The notes below the pieces were generated by a model. The model had not been told where the DNA came from, made no database searches, and worked only from the letters and a program-made list of their open reading frames with translations. 64,000 nucleotides of DNA from Candidatus Peribacteria bacterium (GTDB lineage Bacteria > Patescibacteriota > Gracilibacteria > Peribacterales > Peribacteraceae), in assembly GCA_041691135.1 (NCBI GenBank), contig JBEPVF010000003.1, positions 32,001-96,000 of the forward strand. The letters run 5' to 3'. The first letter of the stretch is position 1; each line of letters opens with the position of its first letter. Position numbers and translations under genes: made by a program. Below are positions 58,499-64,000 of this stretch, one piece after another.

Positions 58499-58631
58499 TC
58501 GTAAAAGCGGAAAGGTCGTTGAAAAGTCTACTCATGATGATGAAATGGTGCACGATAAATGCGTTGCGCATGTGAAAAGAAGTGATCAGAAGACAGTGGT
58601 CAGTGTATCTCTGACTACCTGACTTTCATGT

Positions 58632-59054
58632 TTACTCAACCGTCACTCCCATGCTTCTGGCTGTTCCCATCACGGTTGCCATAGCTCCTTCCAGATCGTT
58701 GGCGTTCAAGTCCGGCATCTTGATCGTGGCAATTTCTTCCACCTGCTTCTTCGTGATCTTGCCGACTTTTTTCTTGTTCGGTTCGCCGCTGCCGCTCTCG
58801 ATCTTGGCTGCTTCCTTGATCATGGCCGATACGGCCGGCTGCTTTACCTTAAAGGAGAAGCTGCGATCGTCGTAGACCGTAATCACGACCGGAAGCATCT
58901 TGCCCATGCGATCCTTGGTTTTGTCATTAAACTGCGTGCAGAATCCACTGATATCCACGCCGGCCTGACCGAGCGCCGGTCCGAGAGGAGGAGCGGGATT
59001 CGCCTGGCCGCCACGGGCCATTACTTTGATGACTTTCTTGATCACTTTTGGCAT
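58632..59054 (-). CDS. rplK: 50S ribosomal protein L11
   Basis: [32 protein letters not shown]. Confidence 0.97.
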   Translation of the reverse strand: MPKVIKKVIKVMARGGQANPAPPLGPALGQAGVDISGFCTQFNDKTKDRMGKMLPVVITVYDDRSFSFKVKQPAVSAMIKEAAKIESGSGEPNKKKVGKITKKQVEEIATIKMPDLNANDLEGAMATVMGTARSMGVTVE

Positions 59055-59126
59055 AGCCGGGGCACTGTATAAGAGACAGTAGGCGTTGACAAGGGCGAAT
59101 AAGGCCTTAAAGGCAGTTTTTAAGGA

Positions 59127-59218
59127 GAGGCCAGAAACCAGATACCAAATACCAGAAGCCGGGAATCCAGATCGTACGAGAATTGCTCATTGGACTTTGG
59201 TATCTGGTTTCTGGCCCT
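59127..59218. repeat. heptamer repeat with inverted arms (GAAACCA/TGGTTTC)
   Basis: gaaacca gatacca aatacca ... tggactt tggtatc tggtttc tggccct. Confidence 0.75.
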
Positions 59219-59806
59219 TTACATTGATAATGCTTCCATCAACCCCTGTACGTCCATTTCTTTTCCCGGAGCCACATGGAACTCGTACAGCCGATCCTGG
59301 ACGCGCATCAGGATGATTTTTTCGTCGCTGATCTGTGGATCGAGGAAGCTGAGCACATCGCGTACCGGTTTACCTGGATCAGCCACCCGGTCGTCGTGCA
59401 GATCGCGCACGCCAGGCGAGAAGGATTTGAGGAGAGCCGTGCGCATGGCATTGAAATACTCCTTCACATTGGCGGACTGCGTCCACGAAAAGAGAGCCAC
59501 GCGATCGTTGTCCTTGAGCAGGACATAGGTCTGTACCGTGGCAGGATCAGTGATGATGCGCGACAAAAGACTGCCATTACCCGTTCCGTCGCTGGTGGGA
59601 GTCAGGTGTTGTGATTGCAAAATCCCGGTCACATCAGGTCCGGTATGGATATCGACCCCTGATGACGCATCATTCCCGTTACTATGCGGTTGCAATGCCA
59701 TCACCGCGCCGACATCGCTTGGCAGGAGTAGTGCATCGAGGGTGCCCAATGTTCCCAGTGCGCCGATGAACACAACAGTGACGAAAATCTTCCAGACGCG
59801 AGGCAT
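59219..59806 (-). CDS. membrane-anchored/secreted hypothetical protein
   Basis: N-terminal hydrophobic helix starting at MPRVWK. Confidence 0.7.
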   Translation of the reverse strand: MPRVWKIFVTVVFIGALGTLGTLDALLLPSDVGAVMALQPHSNGNDASSGVDIHTGPDVTGILQSQHLTPTSDGTGNGSLLSRIITDPATVQTYVLLKDNDRVALFSWTQSANVKEYFNAMRTALLKSFSPGVRDLHDDRVADPGKPVRDVLSFLDPQISDEKIILMRVQDRLYEFHVAPGKEMDVQGLMEALSM

Positions 59807-59892
59807 ACCCCGAGTGTAGCGGAACAGGAGTCGTGCTGGAATTTTCTTCATTCTTCTCTTGTCGTTCAGTCTCTCTGCTATCATTCCTTCCT

Positions 59893-60936
59893 ATGGTGAT
59901 TCAGCGGATACAGACGGAGCCGGTGACGCAGCCTGAAAAGACGAGTGCGGATACGAATGTGTTTGAACAATCGTTGCGGCCGCGGATGCTGAGCGAGTAC
60001 ATCGGGCAGGGGAGGATCAAAGGCCATTTGTTGCTGCACATTCAGGCGGCCAAAGCGCGTAAGGAGCCGCTGGGACATATTCTGCTCAATGGTCCGCCAG
60101 GGCTGGGCAAGACGACGCTGGCGCACATCATGGCGCGTGAGATGGAATCGCAGATCCGGATTACCAGCGGGCCGGTGCTCGAAAAACCGGGTGATCTGGC
60201 ATCCATCCTCACTAATCTGCAGGCCGGCGATGTGTTATTCATCGACGAAATTCACCGTCTGCGGCCGGTGGTGGAAGAGATGCTGTACTCCGCGATGGAA
60301 GATTGTGCGTTGGATCTGGTGATCGGCAAAGGGCCGACTGCACGATCGATGCGGCTCACGCTTCAGCCGTTCACACTCATCGGTGCCACCACCAAAGCCG
60401 GAGCCATCAGCGCGCCGTTGCGTGATCGCTTTCTGCATCAGTATAAGTTGTCGTTCTACGATTTAAATGAGATGGAATTGATCGTCGAACGGAGCGCCGC
60501 CATTCTCTCGATCTCGTTTGAAGAAAAAGCGGCCCGGCGCATTGCCCAGAGCAGCCGCTCAACGCCGCGCATCGCCAACCGTTTGATCCGCGCCGTGCGC
60601 GATTTTGCACAGGTGGCCGGAAAGTCGCTCGTCGATCGTGCATCGGTCGAGACGACACTCGACGCGCTTGAAATCGATGCCGAAGGGTTGGATGCCACAG
60701 ACCGCGCACTGCTCCTTTCGATTGTCGACAGCTTCGGTGGCGGACCGGTAGGTCTCTCGACACTTGCTGCGGTACTTGCCGAGGAAGAGCAGACGATTGA
60801 AGACGTGTATGAGCCGTACTTGATGCAGCAGGGGTATCTGCAGCGCACGCCGAAGGGTCGCATTGCGACGAGGAAAACATTTGAAAAACTGGGCAGAAAG
60901 TTGCCGGAGGGAGCGCAGGCGAGCCTGTTTGTGTGA
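59893..60936 (+). CDS. ruvB: Holliday junction branch migration helicase RuvB
   Basis: SLRP, GPPGLGKTT, FIDEIHR, GATT, EPYL, RTPKGR. Confidence 0.97.
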   Translation: MVIQRIQTEPVTQPEKTSADTNVFEQSLRPRMLSEYIGQGRIKGHLLLHIQAAKARKEPLGHILLNGPPGLGKTTLAHIMAREMESQIRITSGPVLEKPGDLASILTNLQAGDVLFIDEIHRLRPVVEEMLYSAMEDCALDLVIGKGPTARSMRLTLQPFTLIGATTKAGAISAPLRDRFLHQYKLSFYDLNEMELIVERSAAILSISFEEKAARRIAQSSRSTPRIANRLIRAVRDFAQVAGKSLVDRASVETTLDALEIDAEGLDATDRALLLSIVDSFGGGPVGLSTLAAVLAEEEQTIEDVYEPYLMQQGYLQRTPKGRIATRKTFEKLGRKLPEGAQASLFV

Positions 60937-60971
60937 AGAAGAAACCGACGGAACCGAAGAAGTCGAGGATT

Positions 60972-62078
60972 TTATTTCATCGTGTTCTTCACTTCTTGCT
61001 TTATTGCCTCCTCGAATTTCTTACGAGAGAACTCTTTGGCGTGAGCGTGCAAAGTTGCGGGATCGAAGAGGGATCGATCGAAAGTGTAGATGGCATGTGC
61101 CAGTGACTCGGCGGTCGGCTCGTCGAAGAAGATACCGGTTTTCGGTATCACGGTTTCCTTAGCGCCGCCGCGGCCGTAGGCGATCACCGGTGTGCCGCAG
61201 GCCATGGATTCGAGCGGTACCAAGCCAAAATCTTCTTCGCCGGGAAACAGGGTTGCCGTGGCGTTGGCGTAGAGGTTCCTCAGCTCTTCATGTGATCGGT
61301 AGCCAAGGAATTCGATCGTCGGTCCGGCGAGACGCTTGAGCGCGGGTAACGCCGGGCCTTCGCCGACGATTTTCAGTGGCAGCTTCAGTTGGTTACATGC
61401 AGCGATGGCCAGATCGATGCGTTTGTAATCGGCGAGCGTTGAGACGATGAGAAAATATAATGCAGGCTTCTGGTCTCTCGCTTCTGGCTTTTGCTCCAGC
61501 CATGCATCATCGATAGGCGGGTGCACCACCGTGGATTCGCGTCGCCAGTACAGCTCGATGCGCCGTTGTACTTCCTTTGATGGAGCAAGTAATGCGTCCG
61601 GTCGATCAGCCGCTTCGCTGTCCCAGATACGGAGGCGATGGAACGTTCGAGAGAGATACCAGCGTTTGAGCCGGCCGAAGAGGCCGTGACCTGCGCGTTC
61701 CTGTACATCGTGCGTGCGGTCCCACAGATAGCGGGCAGGGGATTGGACATAGCACAGGTGCTTGGGTTGTCCGTTGGTGATGATGCCGTGAGTGAAGGCC
61801 GATGACGACGAGATCACCAGCTCAAAGTCAGAAAAATCCCACGCTTCCACAGCGGCAGGAAAATGCTTCAGATATAGATGATGGTTGGTTGAGAGCCAGG
61901 CCCATTTCTGCAGTTTGCTGGTTACGACTCGATCCTTGGGAAACCACTCGCCCAGCTTTTGCTCGTCGTACAGCAGCGTGTAAATCGGTGCGTCGGGGTA
62001 CATGTCGGCGAGCACGCGTAGAACTCGCTCGGCACCGCCGCGCATGGTCAAGAGTTCGTGGACGAGGGCTACTTTCAT
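60972..62078 (-). CDS. glycosyltransferase family 4 (mannosyltransferase-like)
   Basis: MKVALVHE...GGAE, YKRID, EEDFGLVPLESMACG. Confidence 0.92.
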   Translation of the reverse strand: MKVALVHELLTMRGGAERVLRVLADMYPDAPIYTLLYDEQKLGEWFPKDRVVTSKLQKWAWLSTNHHLYLKHFPAAVEAWDFSDFELVISSSSAFTHGIITNGQPKHLCYVQSPARYLWDRTHDVQERAGHGLFGRLKRWYLSRTFHRLRIWDSEAADRPDALLAPSKEVQRRIELYWRRESTVVHPPIDDAWLEQKPEARDQKPALYFLIVSTLADYKRIDLAIAACNQLKLPLKIVGEGPALPALKRLAGPTIEFLGYRSHEELRNLYANATATLFPGEEDFGLVPLESMACGTPVIAYGRGGAKETVIPKTGIFFDEPTAESLAHAIYTFDRSLFDPATLHAHAKEFSRKKFEEAIKQEVKNTMK

Positions 62079-62236
62079 TGCAGATATACTATCGATCAAC
62101 GTCTGATATTCCTATGACGTTCCTTTACACAGCTTTCTGCGCAAAACAGACATTGCTCACATTGCTCGCTCCCATTCTTATATAACCGATATATTGTCCA
62201 ACTTGAGCAAAAAAAGCCCCACTGGAGAGGCAAAGG

Positions 62237-62311
62237 TGGTGGGTCAGGTGGGATTTGAACCCACGGCCAATGCCTTAAAAGGGCACTGCTCTACCGCTGA
62301 GCTACTGACCC
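62237..62311 (-). tRNA. tRNA-Lys (TTT)
   Basis: GGGTCAG acceptor stem, anticodon loop CTTTTAA, GGTTCAAATCC, CCA. Confidence 0.96.
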
Positions 62312-62379
62312 ATGTACATGGAGCCAGCAAACTATAAAGCATCGCGCCTTGAATACAACCTTCTGTATCCTCTATTTAT

Positions 62380-63144
62380 ATGATCGATTCCCATTGTCAT
62401 TTAGCCGATGCAAAATTTGAGTCGGATTTGTTGCAGGTACTGGAACGTGCCAAGGACCGAGGCGTAACGCAGATGATCACCATCGCCGATTCCGTGGCGG
62501 AATCTGAAAAGTGTGTGGACCTGGCGCGGCGTTACAAACAACTGTTCTGCGCTGTCGGCGTGCATCCGCACCATGCCTCGCAGTGGAATGATGACGCTGA
62601 GCGGCGACTGCTAGCGCTGACGACCTATTCCGATCGGGTGAAGGCGGTGGGGGAGATTGGGCTCGATTATCACTATGATTTTTCGCCGCGTGATGTGCAG
62701 CGCGATGCCTTTATCGCGCAGCTCAAATTTGCCGGCTGCGAAGGATTTCCTGTCGTCGTGCATTGCCGCGAAGCAATTGAAGATGTGCGACAGATTGTCG
62801 AGCAGATCAAACCCGAAAAATTAGTCCTGCACTGCTGCAGCGAGACATTTGCCGATGTCGTCCCGTTACTTGAGCGCGGTTATTTTCTGTCTTTCACCGG
62901 CATTGCCACGTTCCCAAAATCTCAGGATATCCGCGAGACCATCCGGCGTACGCCCATTGAACAGATCATGGTCGAGACCGATGCGCCGTACTTGGCACCT
63001 GTTCCATACCGAGGTAAAAGAAATGAGCCGGCGTACGTAGTGGAAGTGGCCCAGTGTATTGCTGATATCAAGGGTTTGTCCTTGGAAGAAGTGGATGCCA
63101 TCACCACCAAAAATGCGGTAGAGTTCTTCCAATTGCGCTCGTAG
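62380..63144 (+). CDS. tatD: TatD family hydrolase
   Basis: IDSHCHL, GVHP, GEIGLDY, VHCREA, ETDAPY, NEP. Confidence 0.95.
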   Translation: MIDSHCHLADAKFESDLLQVLERAKDRGVTQMITIADSVAESEKCVDLARRYKQLFCAVGVHPHHASQWNDDAERRLLALTTYSDRVKAVGEIGLDYHYDFSPRDVQRDAFIAQLKFAGCEGFPVVVHCREAIEDVRQIVEQIKPEKLVLHCCSETFADVVPLLERGYFLSFTGIATFPKSQDIRETIRRTPIEQIMVETDAPYLAPVPYRGKRNEPAYVVEVAQCIADIKGLSLEEVDAITTKNAVEFFQLRS

Positions 63145-63211
63145 CTCAACTGGATAGAGCGTCGGCCTCCGAAGCCGAAGGTTGTGGGTTCAATTCCCGC
63201 CGAGCGCACCA
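63135..63211 (+). tRNA. tRNA-Arg (CCG)
   Basis: GCGCTCG acceptor stem, TCGGC-CTCCGAA-GCCGA anticodon arm, GGTTCAATTCC, CCA. Confidence 0.95.
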
Positions 63212-63436
63212 TTCGGCTTCGCGACGAGGGAGCGACGATCTTGGGGTTGCCTAGGAATGCGTCTGGCCGGCGATCTCGCTACGCCGCAATGGTGTTCGGC
63301 TCACCGGTTTACTAGTTCTAAAACTTCAAATAACCCTTCTGATCTATGCCGCGTAGCCGTATACGATGAAGGAGAAGCGGAGTGATTCGAATGCTCCGCT
63401 TCTCCTGAATGTTGTCGATAGCTTTTAATTACTAAG

Positions 63437-63682
63437 TTAGGCTGTTCGTCGGAAGGCGTTGACGATGAACAGCAGTACCACTGCTCCCACTACTGCCGTG
63501 ATGAGCGAGCCGATCAGTCCATAGGTGGTGACACCAAACAGACCGAAGATGTATCCGCCGATCACAGCGCCGATGACGCCGACGACCAGGTTGCCGACGA
63601 GGCCGAAGCCATTGCCGCGCATCAATTCGCCGGCGATCCAGCCGGCTGCAATACCGATGATAAGAAACCAAAGGAGACTCAT
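63437..63682 (-). CDS. GlsB/YeaQ/YmgE family stress-response membrane protein
   Basis: IIGIAAGWIA, GVIGAVIGG, AVVGAVVLL. Confidence 0.92.
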   Translation of the reverse strand: MSLLWFLIIGIAAGWIAGELMRGNGFGLVGNLVVGVIGAVIGGYIFGLFGVTTYGLIGSLITAVVGAVVLLFIVNAFRRTA

Positions 63683-63866
63683 GGAATAAGGGGGAAGAAA
63701 TCTGATAACACACCCTATGACGCTGCTATGGGCAGGGGATTACCGAATTGCATTTGACATTTCCTTTTGATGAATGTGCAGGTTATTTCGTCCCTAAACG
63801 GTAATAACGGCAAATACAGCAGGACTTGCATCAGATATCAATCCTCCGTAGCATCCTCTGGCTCTT

Positions 63867-63942
63867 GCGGATGTAGCTCAGTTGGTAGAGCGGCGCCTTG
63901 CCAAGGCGCAGGTCGCGGGTTCGAGCCCCGTCATCCGCTCCA
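63867..63942 (+). tRNA. tRNA-Gly (GCC)
   Basis: GCGGATG acceptor stem, GCGCC-TTGCCAA-GGCGC anticodon arm, GGTTCGAGCCC, CCA; TTGCAT-N17-TAGCAT promoter upstream. Confidence 0.96.
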
Positions 63943-64000
63943 TCCGGCTTCGCGGAATTCCTCAGAATGTCTTCTAGTTTGTTGAGAAGCTTCTGATCGT

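Noticed and set aside
1-64000. Alternative genetic code (UGA=Gly, as in Gracilibacteria/Absconditabacteria)
   Set aside because: Conserved genes are full length under code 11, and several (ruvB, clpC, uppS) end at TGA

Overview
Chromosomal segment of a Candidate Phyla Radiation (Patescibacteria) bacterium, probably Peribacteria/Peregrinibacteria. This is inferred from the mevalonate cluster, the PrgI/TraC-like/pilin genes and the intergenic 7-mer and 9-mer repeats; TGA behaves as a stop codon. Left to right: a GH15-GH57-GT4 alpha-glucan cluster; aminotransferase + pckA; an archaeal-type mevalonate cluster (idi, uppS, mvk, mvaD, HMGR, HMGCS, thiolase and a DUF35::guanylate-kinase-like fusion, with no canonical phosphomevalonate kinase); an H1-like basic protein; metal transport and two-component genes; an accessory region (~28-42 kb) around tRNA-Gly(TCC); a CntK/DapF-like racemase paired with an unknown 540-aa enzyme; then housekeeping genes (yidD, HIT, rpsA, clpC, dusB, rplA, rplK, ruvB, tatD) and three more tRNAs. 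Best leads: (1) the DUF35-kinase fusion as the missing phosphomevalonate or isopentenyl-phosphate kinase; (2) two tandem small-membrane-protein units, one not in the ORF track, each with a covarying 20-bp 5' hairpin; (3) single-gene islets separated by divergent tRNA-Gly 3'-end remnants with no integrase; (4) the racemase + BshC-like pair. All assignments come from motif recognition by eye; no database searches were run.
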